This document shows positions 27,183-35,471 of a stretch of 64,000 nucleotides of DNA, piece after piece; positions within the stretch are counted from its first letter, which is position 1; each line of letters opens with the position of its first letter. Made by a program: the position numbers and the translations under genes. Source of the stretch: Planctomycetota bacterium (GTDB lineage Bacteria > Planctomycetota > UBA11346); contig JBBREK010000002.1 of the NCBI GenBank assembly GCA_038203025.1, positions 172-64,171 of the forward strand. The letters are read 5' to 3'. A model generated the notes under the pieces. The model searched no databases. It worked only from the letters and a program-made list of their open reading frames with translations, and was not told the origin of the DNA.

Positions 27183-27446
27183 CCTTAGAAAACGCAGATG
27201 CACAGGAGGACCAGAGATACCAGAGGCACGACGCACAGGAGGACCGGAGAGAGCAGGAGGACCGGAGAGAGCAGGAGAGAGCAGGAGAGAGCAGGAGGGA
27301 GCAGGAGGGAGCAGGAGGGAGCAGGAGAGAGCAGAGGCAGCGTTTATGGCTCGCGGGCAAATCCTCCAATGGGTGATACGTCCGTCGTTGCTTAAACCCT
27401 TTCCCACTCTGGTCACTCTGGTGCTCTGTGTGAATCCCATCGTCGG
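27183..27446 (+). ncRNA. conserved structured intergenic element, copy 1 (candidate cis-regulatory RNA or shared regulatory DNA; family unknown)
   Basis: Shares ordered identical blocks with 42421-42580 (rc): TAGAAAACGCAGA, ACAGGAGGACCAGAG, TATGGCTCGCGG, CCCACTCTGGTCACTCTGGTGCTC, GAATCCCATCG. The 21-nt arms 27205-27225 and 27407-27427 are complementary (18/21). Confidence 0.5.
27233..27340 (+). repeat. purine-rich tandem repeat array (decamer GCAGGAG[A/G]GA about 7 times, preceded by 18-20-nt GCA(CA)GGAGGACCGGAGAGA units)
   Basis: Read directly: gcaggagaga gcaggagaga gcaggaggga gcaggaggga gcaggaggga gcaggagaga. This is absent from copy 2 of the element. Confidence 0.9.
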
Positions 27447-27668
27447 TTTTCGGTTCACCCCATTCTGCTCTTTCGCATCTCTGCGTCTCCTGTCCTGCAC
27501 CTGCGTTTCCGCTTGGCAGCCAGTGATTGTGCGGGGCTTGGATGTACCCATTCGGCGTTCCCGAACCACACCGCTGGGACAGGACGGTTCGGACCCCACA
27601 TCCCACACGGCACAGCGCACGCCAACCCCCCTCGACTGGCGTCGTGTCTCGGCGCCCTTAGTATACCA

Positions 27669-29036
27669 TTGATCGTGTCGACGCCGTCCCTGCCTCCCTC
27701 CTGGCGCTTATCTGTCTGGGCGATCGATCTCGCTGCAGCGGCTGGAGCCGTCCCGTTGGCAGCGCGCCTGGTCGACGGGGCCTGGCTGGGCGGATCTGCC
27801 CAGCTCGCTGCGCCCCTCGCCGCCGTCCTCGCCGCCTTGCTACTGCTGCTCGCAGGGGCGCCGCTGCCGGGCACCGGTCGGCCCTGGTCGGCCACAGCGC
27901 ACGGCGCGCTTGTAGTCGGCACCGCTGCCGGGCTCGCCGCTGTCGCTGCCGCCTTGCTTGGCCCGCTGTCGTGGCCGGCCGTCGCCGTTGCCGCAGGGGC
28001 CGTACTGCCGCCGACCATCGCCATCCGACTCGCCCTATGGATGGCCCTGCGCAGCCGGCCACTGCGCCGCATCGTGCTGATCGGACCACTCGACTGCCGC
28101 CTGCGCCTGCGCGAACATCTGCTGCGCCATCCCGAACTGCACTGCGCGGTGGTCGCCGAGGTCGGACCGGGCACCGCGGTGATGAGCGACTGCCCGAGTC
28201 ATCCGCTCGCCGAGTTAGAAGAGGCGGTAGCCGAGGCCGATCCCGATGAGGTGCTGCTGTCCACCGGCTTCGACGACCGGCTGCTGCTGATGGATGTGCT
28301 GGCACGGCTGCTGACCCGGCCGCTGGTGGTGCGCTATGTGCCCGACCCCGAGGCGGTCCCGCTGTTCTGTCCGCGACCGGCCGACATCGCCGGCCTGCCC
28401 GCCATCGACCTGTCCAACGGGCCGCTGAGCGCCGGCGCCGAGGTCGCCAAGTGGGTCGAGGACAAGGTGGTCGCGATCATCGCCCTCTTCTTCCTCGCTG
28501 GGCCCATGCTGCTGATCGCCGTGCTGATCAAGCTGACCAGCCCCGGGCCGGTACTCTTCGTGCAGGAGCGCCAGGGCCGCTGGGGCCGCAGCATCCGGGT
28601 ATTCAAGTTCCGCACCATGCGCCGCGACGTGTGCTCCCAGGACATCACCACTGGCCGCTTCCGCCAAGTCGAGCAGGGCGATCCGCGCATCACCCCGCTG
28701 GGGCGATTCCTGCGCAATACCTCCCTCGACGAGACGCCGCAGTTCCTCAACGTCCTGCTCGGTGACATGTCGGTGGTCGGACCGCGGCCGCATCCCATCG
28801 CCCTCAACCGCCGCTTCGCCAACGAGATTGGCGAGCTGATGCGGCGCCACTACGTCAAGCCGGGCATCACCGGTCTGGCCCAGATCAACGGCGCCCGCGG
28901 CGAGACGCGCACGGTAGAGGACATGCGCCGGCGCATCAACCTCGACCTGGAGTACCTGCGCACCTGGTCGCTATGGCTCGACCTGGCCATCATCCTGCGC
29001 ACCTTCGTCGGCGGCTGGATCAATCGCCAGCCGTGA
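27669..29036 (+). CDS. polyprenyl-phosphate glycosyl-1-phosphate transferase (WcaJ/EpsB-type priming enzyme)
   Basis: PGPVLFVQERQGRWGRSIRVFKFRTM...DPRITPLGRFLRNTSLDETPQFLNVLLGDMSVVGPRPH...KPGITGLAQINGARGE. The track ORF starts at TTG 27513, but its first about 50 aa overlap the repeat element and look non-protein. TTG 27669 or GTG 27675 are preferred, and the start remains uncertain. Confidence 0.85.
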   Translation: MIVSTPSLPPSWRLSVWAIDLAAAAGAVPLAARLVDGAWLGGSAQLAAPLAAVLAALLLLLAGAPLPGTGRPWSATAHGALVVGTAAGLAAVAAALLGPLSWPAVAVAAGAVLPPTIAIRLALWMALRSRPLRRIVLIGPLDCRLRLREHLLRHPELHCAVVAEVGPGTAVMSDCPSHPLAELEEAVAEADPDEVLLSTGFDDRLLLMDVLARLLTRPLVVRYVPDPEAVPLFCPRPADIAGLPAIDLSNGPLSAGAEVAKWVEDKVVAIIALFFLAGPMLLIAVLIKLTSPGPVLFVQERQGRWGRSIRVFKFRTMRRDVCSQDITTGRFRQVEQGDPRITPLGRFLRNTSLDETPQFLNVLLGDMSVVGPRPHPIALNRRFANEIGELMRRHYVKPGITGLAQINGARGETRTVEDMRRRINLDLEYLRTWSLWLDLAIILRTFVGGWINRQP

Positions 29037-29050
29037 CGTGAGTGGGCGGC

Positions 29051-30004
29051 TCAGCCGAGCAGGCGACGGAAGTAGTCGACCGTACGACCCAGCCCCTCCT
29101 CGAGTTCAACGCAGGGCTGCCATGACAGCGTCTCCTTGGCGCGCGTGATGTCCGGCTGGCGTTGCTTTGGGTCGTCCTGCGGCAGCGGACGGCGCACCAG
29201 ACGCGAACGGCTACCGGTCAGGCGCAGGGTCATCTCGGCCAGCTCCAGCATGGTGAATTCGTTGGGGTTCCCCAGGTTGATCGGGCCGGTGATGCCATCG
29301 GGCGCGTCCATCATGCGCAGCAGCCCATCCACCAGGTCGTCGACGTAGCAGAAGCTGCGCGTCTGAGTGCCGTCGCCGTAGATGGTCAGATCCTCTCCGC
29401 GCAACGCCTGCACGATGAAGTTCGACACAACCCGACCGTCGTGCGGGTGCATGCGCGGACCGTAGGTGTTGAAGATGCGGACGACGCGGATGTCGACGTG
29501 GTGCTGGCGGTGGTAGTCGAAGAACAGGGTCTCAGCGCAGCGCTTCCCCTCGTCATAGCAGGCGCGCGGCCCGATCGGGTTGACGTTGCCCCAGTAGTCC
29601 TCTGTCTGCGGGTGCTGGGTCGGGTCACCGTAGACCTCGGAGGTCGAAGCCTGGAGGATGCGAGCCTTGGTCCGTTTGGCCAAACCGAGCATGTTGATGG
29701 CACCGTGCACGCTGGTCTTCACCGTCTGCGCCGGGTTGAACTGGTAGTGTACCGGGCTGGCCGGACAGGCGAGATTGTAGATCCGGTCGACTTCGACTCG
29801 CAGCGGCTGGGTCACGTCATGGCGCAGGAACTCGAAATGCGGACCGCCGAGCAGGCCGGCAATGTTGTCGCGGCTGCCGGTGAAGAAATTGTCGACGCAC
29901 AAAACGTCCGCACCATCGGCGATCAGACGTTCGCATACGTGCGAGCCAATGAAGCCGGCGCCGCCGGTGACGAGGATACGGGGGCTCAAGGCGTAGGCAG
30001 TCAT
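29051..30004 (-). CDS. uxs: UDP-glucuronate decarboxylase (UDP-xylose synthase), SDR family
   Basis: [40 protein letters not shown]...[10 protein letters not shown]...YDEGKRCAE...[10 protein letters not shown]. Confidence 0.93.
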   Translation of the reverse strand: MTAYALSPRILVTGGAGFIGSHVCERLIADGADVLCVDNFFTGSRDNIAGLLGGPHFEFLRHDVTQPLRVEVDRIYNLACPASPVHYQFNPAQTVKTSVHGAINMLGLAKRTKARILQASTSEVYGDPTQHPQTEDYWGNVNPIGPRACYDEGKRCAETLFFDYHRQHHVDIRVVRIFNTYGPRMHPHDGRVVSNFIVQALRGEDLTIYGDGTQTRSFCYVDDLVDGLLRMMDAPDGITGPINLGNPNEFTMLELAEMTLRLTGSRSRLVRRPLPQDDPKQRQPDITRAKETLSWQPCVELEEGLGRTVDYFRRLLG

Positions 30005-30129
30005 GGGTGGAGGCTACTCAGATCGCCGCCTGTCGCCATCGCGCCTGTGGCATGTACCCCTCACCCTGCCACCTCACTCGACGTGCCCCTCGACGTCCTG
30101 GTCAACGATCGTTTTCAGGACACCTGGCG

Positions 30130-33100
30130 CTAATGCGCCGCCAACAGCCGCCACACCCGCAGCGCCTCGCTGACGCTCCACGCCTGCGCGTCGCAGCCGC
30201 GCTGGGTGTGCGGGGCATCGCCGTCGAGGATCTCGGGGATGTGGCCATGGCAGCCGACGTCGAGCAGTTCGTCGACCGAGCCAAGCCAGGCGCGCGCCGT
30301 CGCCACCGCCGCCGGGGCGTGGTCCCAGGCCACCGCCACCGCCTCGCAGAAGGTCGGCAGCTGCCACGGCCAAGCGGTGCCGTTGTGGTAGGCCGGCTTG
30401 CGCCGCGTGTCCTCGTCGCCCTGGTAGTGGCCCTGGTAGGGACGCAGCGGATCGGCAAGCATGCGGCCGGCGGCTGAGCGGATCTCCAGCGGCGGCTCGA
30501 CCGGCAGCGGGGCGAGGGTGCGCATGGCGCCGGGCACCAGCAGGAAGCGCTCGCCGGCGGCGCAGGCACGACGCGCCTGGACGCCGGTGGTCAGGCCCAG
30601 GGCGATGGCGAGGTACTGGTTGGGACGCAGGCTGCGGTCGGGCACCGCCTGCTCGGCGGCCTCGCCGTGCGGCGCCAGCAGGCAGTCGGCCAGCCAGCCT
30701 TCCGGTTCCAGCCAGAAGCGCGCGAACGAGGCGGTGGCGCGATCGGCCCAGTCCTTCCACGCGCCGCGCGGCGCTGGCGCCTTGGCGCGCTCCAACTGGC
30801 GCAACAGGCGGATCCACAGGGCCTGGATGTCGACCGGATAGCCGGTGCGCGGGGTGCACGCCGGGAAGTTGGTGTCCATCCAGGTGAAGTGCGGCGGGCT
30901 CCACGCCAGGCCGCTGGCGTGGTCGACGCGGATGCCGTTGGGCGTGCCGTCGATCCAGCCGGTGGCGATGTCGGCAAGAGCCTGCAGCAGGCTGCGGCCC
31001 GGCGTCACCTCGAGAGCGTGGCCAGGCTTGCGGTTGCGCGCCACCCACTCCTCGGCGGCGAGGGCGTACCACAGCGGTGCGTCGCTGGTGTCGCGGTTGC
31101 TGGCGTCGTCGCCGTTGAGTAGGTTGGGCAGGGTACCGTGCTCGACGAAGCGGCCGAAGGCGCAGAGCAGGCCGCGCACCTCGGCGTCCAGCCCGCCGGC
31201 AAGCATGCCGCGCGCAGCGATGAAGGTGTCGCGACCCCAGTCGAGGAACCAGGGATAGCCGGCGATCACCGTGGTGCCGGTGCCGCGCTGCACGACGAAG
31301 GCCTGCAGGGCGGTGGCCAGGGCGCGGCCAAGATCGTCCTGGCCGGGCAGATGGGCGCGCGCCAGGGTGTCGGCGACGCGGGCGCGACGGGCCTCGATGA
31401 AGCCGGCGACCTCGGCCGCCGGCGGATCGGCGGGATCGGCATGCAGCAGCAGCGTGGCGGCCTGGCCGGAAGCGAGCGGCAGTTCAAACCAGCCCGGACT
31501 CCAGGCGTCGCCGGCCCCGGCCATGCCGCGATCGGCCTCGACCGGATGCGGGATGCCTTCGCACCATTCCGCGGCCTGATGGAAGGTGCCGCCGTTGGCA
31601 CGCGCGACCAGCCGGCGATCGGCGCCGAAGGTGCAGGTGAAGCCGTCCACGGCGGGCGCGGTGGCACCGGCGAGGTGGGCCTCGGCCTCGGGGCTGCGCC
31701 GGGTCTCGACGTGGAACGAGCGGTCCTCGACGTCGACGCGCACAGTGACGCTGACCCGCGCTTCAGGCGGCAGCGACCGGCCCCAACGCGGGGCGGTGGC
31801 CGGGCGCTCAAGGCGCACGACCACGGCGTTGCGCCCGTGCAGCAGATCGATGACCAGACGCAGTTCGACGGTGCGTCCGTCGCCAGCGTTGGCGACAAAA
31901 CTCCACTCGGCCGGCGGGCCGGCGGCGAAGGTCGCGAGATTGACGGCGTCGAGCGGGGTGATGAAACCGTCGGCGTCGACCCAGGCGCGCAGGCGCTTGG
32001 CCAGGACGTGGCGGTCGCTGGGCGCGTCTGGGTGCAGGTTGGCACCGAGCAGGCAGTCGTACTTGCTGGCGATGCGCCCGAGGTCGGCGTGCACCCGGGC
32101 CATGGCGCCGCGGCCGTTGGTCAGCAGGGCGAGGCCATCCTGCGGCCGCCGCACCGCCGGGTCGGGCGGCAGGGCGAGGAACAGCAGCCGCATGCCCACC
32201 TGCGTGCCGCTGGTGGCGAAGCGCTCGAAGGTCAACTCGGCGCAGCCGGCTTCGGGCTGGGGCGCGATCACCGCGACGTGACCGCTCTCGACCGGCACCG
32301 AACGCACACGCAGCGCCGTGCGCCCACCTGCTCGGGTAAGCGCGGCGGCGAACGGCGTGCCGTCGCGCAGCAGCAGCCAGTTTCCGGGCGGGACCATGGC
32401 GACGCGGTTGAGGTCGCGCGCGGTCAGCACCGTGACGCGCGGCTGGTCGGCGACGGCGGCGGCGGCATCGAGGGCGGCGGCGAGGTCGACGCGCGCCGCC
32501 TCGCAGTCGAGGCGGCTGGCGGCAGCGAGGAAACGCACCGGGTCGGCGCTGAAGCGGCTGGCCAGGCCGGTCCACGGCGCCGGACCGCAGTCCTCGTCGG
32601 GGATGGCGGCATGCAGGGCCTGGATGGCGGTGGCGGCCTGGGCGCGGGCGGCGCGGTAGGCATCGCCGGCCAGACCGAGCGGTTCGGCCTGGGCCGCCAG
32701 GCAGTACGACTCACCGGGGCCGAGGCCAACCGTGAACTCACCGCCACCCTGCGGGATGATCGCCGGCGCATGCTGGCCGAGCAGATCGATCGATGGCGAG
32801 CCCATCTCGCGCATCACCGCTTGGCTCAACGCGATCGACTGCTTGGTCGTCGTGTCGAGGTTGACCAGCACCAGCACGCTTTCGCGCGGCCCGGCCTCGG
32901 CGGAGGAGTCGCGGCGCAGCGCCAGCAGCGGCGAACCGTCGGGCGACAGGCGCGTGACCACAGCATCGGCATGGAAGCAGGGGTGATCGGCGACCAGGTG
33001 GTCAAGGCGGGACAACTCGTCGACCAGGTTGTCGGCGGCACCCCAGTTGAGGGCGCGGGCCTGGTGCACCTCCATGCGTTCAGCCGCCAGCCACTCGACC

Positions 33101-34446
33101 CCGGCAGTGAAGCCGAAGGCGCCGCCCGGCGCGGTCAGGGCACACAGCCGGTTGCGCAGCAGCGACCAGGTGCGGCCGCGCGCCGCGAGGCGGTCGTTGT
33201 CGTGCGTCTCGCTGTAGTTGACCAGCAGGCCGACGCGGCCGTTCTGGCACAGGGCATGGTCGAGGTAGCTGGAGACCTGGCCGCCGTCGTAGTTCTGGAA
33301 CAGCTCGGAGTAGGCCCACTGCAGGCCGCCCTCGGTGAGCAGCGCCTCGGTTGCCGACCACGCCCCGCCAAGACCCTCCAGCAGAAAGACGCAGTCCGGG
33401 AACTCCTGCCGCACACGGGCGGTGATGTAGCGCCAGGCCGGCATCGGCACCATGTAGCCGGCGTCGCAGCGGAAGCCGTCGACGCCGCGCCGACACCAGG
33501 TGAGAAAGGCCTCGGCCAACTCTTCCCACAGCGGCACGTCCTCGTGCGCCAGTTCGACCAGGTCCTCCCACACCGTGCCCCAGGCGCCGGGACTGCGGAA
33601 CGAGCCGTCGGGGTTGCGCTGGAACCATTCGGGATGCAGCTCGTGCAGACGGGCGCCCCAGCCAGTGTGGTTGATGGCGATGTCGAGGAAGACATGGGCG
33701 CCGGCAAGATGGGTGGCGTAGGTCAGTTCGCGGAACTGGTCGACGCCGGTGGTGCGTTTGTCGTGCTCGACCAGCGCCAGATCGATGCCGATCAGGCTCT
33801 GGGCGGCATAGGGGCTGCCAAAACGGCCCATGCGCGCGTAGGTTGTCGGAGTCGGCGTCACCGGCAGGAGATGGAGGATGCGGCAGCCCAGCCGGCCGGT
33901 GATGTGCGGCAGCTCGCGGATCAGGTCGCGCAACTTGCCCGACGGCGGGATCACCGTCCAGCCGTGCTTGTCCATCGCCGCGATATGGTCTTCAAGCAGC
34001 GGATCGCGCGTCGTCGTCCGCGTCTTGTTCGGCCCGAACATGCGCGGGAAGGCGCAGTAGATGACGTTGCCACTGCGCGCCCGGTCGGGGTTGATGCTGA
34101 TGCCAATGTCATCGCCGTCCGGCCAATGCTGGCGGTCCTGGGCGTCGATGGCGTAGGCCTTGGCGCGGAACCAGCCGACCTCAGCGAGCGGCAGTTCGAG
34201 TTCCCAGCCGCCCTCGACCTGGCGCATCGGCACATCGCGCCAGCTGCCCCCGGCGAAGGTCCGACTGCCGGCCCGGGTGGCGACGATCTCGTCGCGCAGC
34301 ACCACCGCCCGGCCGAGATTGGTGCGCAGCCGCGCGCTCCAGCCGCACTGCGGTCCGCCAGAGCAGCGCAGGGCGAAACGCACTCGGTCGCCGACGAAGC
34401 GGAGCAAGCGGCCACCAGGCAAGGGATCCATCGACAGTTCGGTCAT
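30130..34446 (-). CDS. 1438-aa fusion of a GH13 alpha-amylase-family domain and an amylo-alpha-1,6-glucosidase (GDE_C) domain
   Basis: N-terminal half: FLDIAINHTGW, VDGFRCDAGYMVP, VFLLEGLGG, NYSETHDNDRLA (GH13 regions I-IV). C-terminal part: VIAGYPWFLDWGRDTFIAARG, YHNGTAWPWQLPTF, GHIPEILDGDAPHTQRGCDAQAWSVSE. Confidence 0.88.
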   Translation of the reverse strand: MTELSMDPLPGGRLLRFVGDRVRFALRCSGGPQCGWSARLRTNLGRAVVLRDEIVATRAGSRTFAGGSWRDVPMRQVEGGWELELPLAEVGWFRAKAYAIDAQDRQHWPDGDDIGISINPDRARSGNVIYCAFPRMFGPNKTRTTTRDPLLEDHIAAMDKHGWTVIPPSGKLRDLIRELPHITGRLGCRILHLLPVTPTPTTYARMGRFGSPYAAQSLIGIDLALVEHDKRTTGVDQFRELTYATHLAGAHVFLDIAINHTGWGARLHELHPEWFQRNPDGSFRSPGAWGTVWEDLVELAHEDVPLWEELAEAFLTWCRRGVDGFRCDAGYMVPMPAWRYITARVRQEFPDCVFLLEGLGGAWSATEALLTEGGLQWAYSELFQNYDGGQVSSYLDHALCQNGRVGLLVNYSETHDNDRLAARGRTWSLLRNRLCALTAPGGAFGFTAGVEWLAAERMEVHQARALNWGAADNLVDELSRLDHLVADHPCFHADAVVTRLSPDGSPLLALRRDSSAEAGPRESVLVLVNLDTTTKQSIALSQAVMREMGSPSIDLLGQHAPAIIPQGGGEFTVGLGPGESYCLAAQAEPLGLAGDAYRAARAQAATAIQALHAAIPDEDCGPAPWTGLASRFSADPVRFLAAASRLDCEAARVDLAAALDAAAAVADQPRVTVLTARDLNRVAMVPPGNWLLLRDGTPFAAALTRAGGRTALRVRSVPVESGHVAVIAPQPEAGCAELTFERFATSGTQVGMRLLFLALPPDPAVRRPQDGLALLTNGRGAMARVHADLGRIASKYDCLLGANLHPDAPSDRHVLAKRLRAWVDADGFITPLDAVNLATFAAGPPAEWSFVANAGDGRTVELRLVIDLLHGRNAVVVRLERPATAPRWGRSLPPEARVSVTVRVDVEDRSFHVETRRSPEAEAHLAGATAPAVDGFTCTFGADRRLVARANGGTFHQAAEWCEGIPHPVEADRGMAGAGDAWSPGWFELPLASGQAATLLLHADPADPPAAEVAGFIEARRARVADTLARAHLPGQDDLGRALATALQAFVVQRGTGTTVIAGYPWFLDWGRDTFIAARGMLAGGLDAEVRGLLCAFGRFVEHGTLPNLLNGDDASNRDTSDAPLWYALAAEEWVARNRKPGHALEVTPGRSLLQALADIATGWIDGTPNGIRVDHASGLAWSPPHFTWMDTNFPACTPRTGYPVDIQALWIRLLRQLERAKAPAPRGAWKDWADRATASFARFWLEPEGWLADCLLAPHGEAAEQAVPDRSLRPNQYLAIALGLTTGVQARRACAAGERFLLVPGAMRTLAPLPVEPPLEIRSAAGRMLADPLRPYQGHYQGDEDTRRKPAYHNGTAWPWQLPTFCEAVAVAWDHAPAAVATARAWLGSVDELLDVGCHGHIPEILDGDAPHTQRGCDAQAWSVSEALRVWRLLAAH

Positions 34447-34513
34447 GCAGCTGTGGAGGCTGGCCGCTGCCGCCGGGAGGCCAGTGGAAATCGGTGCCGG
34501 GTGGGGGCTTGCG

Positions 34514-34607
34514 CCCGCTACGGCCGGCCAGGGCCGGCGCTACGGCGCGCCAAGCGCGCGAGCGAACACCGCGTCGTAGCGCCCGCGGAGCGAGCCGTAG
34601 CGCGAAG
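34514..34607. repeat. nested GC-rich inverted repeats (GCGCTACGGC / GCCGTAGCGC family)
   Basis: ggcgctacggcgcg (34536-34549) pairs with cgcgtcgtagcgcc (34570-34583), 13/14. An outer pair is cgctacggc (34515-34523) with gccgtagcg (34594-34602). It lies between the AraC stop and the GDE-fusion start. Confidence 0.5.
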
Positions 34608-34638
34608 CCGCCGCGCGAGTGAAACGAGCCGCAACGCG

Positions 34639-35460
34639 CTAGGTCCGATAGCGCTCGCGGAAGGCGCGCGGTGACAGGCCGGCGTGGCGACGGAACCAGC
34701 GTGAGAAGTGATAGATATCAGCGAAGCCGCAGTCCGCGGCGACGGCGCCGACTGCGTCGCCGCCCTGGGTCAGCAGATGCCGGGCCCGGTCGAGCTTACG
34801 GCGCTGCCAATATTGGCGCGGAAACAACCCGGTCCGTCGGCGGAAGGCCTTGCGGAAGGTCTCGAAGACCAGCTGCTCGCGGGCAAGGAAGTCCTCGAGC
34901 GGACAGGTCTCGGCGGCGGCCTGCTGGTCGGCGCAGCGGATGAACAGCGCCACTGCGTCGTCACGTTCCCCGGTCTTCACGCCACTGCCGAGGGCATCAA
35001 CCAGCAGATCGATGGCCAGGCTGGTGACGCGCAGGTCGGCGGCCGGCCCACGTAGCGCCAGGTCGAGCAGGTCGAGCCAGCGCTCTGCCAGACCCGGCGG
35101 GTCGGCGGCGCGGAACAGGCAGCGCTCGGTGCCGGCCAGATCGGCGACCAGGCGGTCGGCGAGCGGTCCGTCGAACAGCAACCAGCTCTCGGTGAGATAC
35201 GAACCCGGCGCCGGGTCGAAGCGGTGCCAGGTGCCGGCGCGCAGCAGCAGCAGGGTGCCGGCGTCGATCAGCGCCGATTCACGCTCACTGCGGAAGCTGC
35301 CGCTGCCGGCGTGGAACAGGAACAGCCCATGCTGGCCCAGGCGACGACCGTCCGGCGTCTGCTGCTGCTGCTGCCGACGCTCCTTGCGCGCGATGTGGCC
35401 GACGGTGAAGACGCGGAAGCCGGGCAGCGACGCCACCGCCGAAGGGAAGGCGGCGGGCAT
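34639..35460 (-). CDS. AraC-family transcriptional regulator (cupin-like N-terminal domain)
   Basis: C-terminal HTH: LTQGGDAVGAVAADCGFADIYHFSRWFRRHAGLSPRAFRERY. Confidence 0.85.
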   Translation of the reverse strand: MPAAFPSAVASLPGFRVFTVGHIARKERRQQQQQTPDGRRLGQHGLFLFHAGSGSFRSERESALIDAGTLLLLRAGTWHRFDPAPGSYLTESWLLFDGPLADRLVADLAGTERCLFRAADPPGLAERWLDLLDLALRGPAADLRVTSLAIDLLVDALGSGVKTGERDDAVALFIRCADQQAAAETCPLEDFLAREQLVFETFRKAFRRRTGLFPRQYWQRRKLDRARHLLTQGGDAVGAVAADCGFADIYHFSRWFRRHAGLSPRAFRERYRT

Positions 35461-35471
35461 GGAGCGGGCGG

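Noticed and set aside
27233-27340. Possible CRISPR array or minisatellite-encoded peptide in the 10-bp repeat tract.
   Set aside because: The units are 10 bp with no unique spacers, and no cas genes are nearby. ORFs through it (for example 27011-27376 and 27198-27395) are just repeat translations (EQE/RRE or LLL/SCS strings). It is treated as a non-coding tandem repeat.
27346-27672. Small ORFs across the conserved element that share a peptide stretch (PTLVTLVL.(G/V)NPI..FR) between 27346-27672 (+) and 42255-42494 (-).
   Set aside because: The shared peptide simply reflects the identical 24-nt and 11-nt nucleotide blocks. The differences between copies are not synonymous-biased, the flanking residues diverge completely, and neither ORF has a convincing start or RBS.
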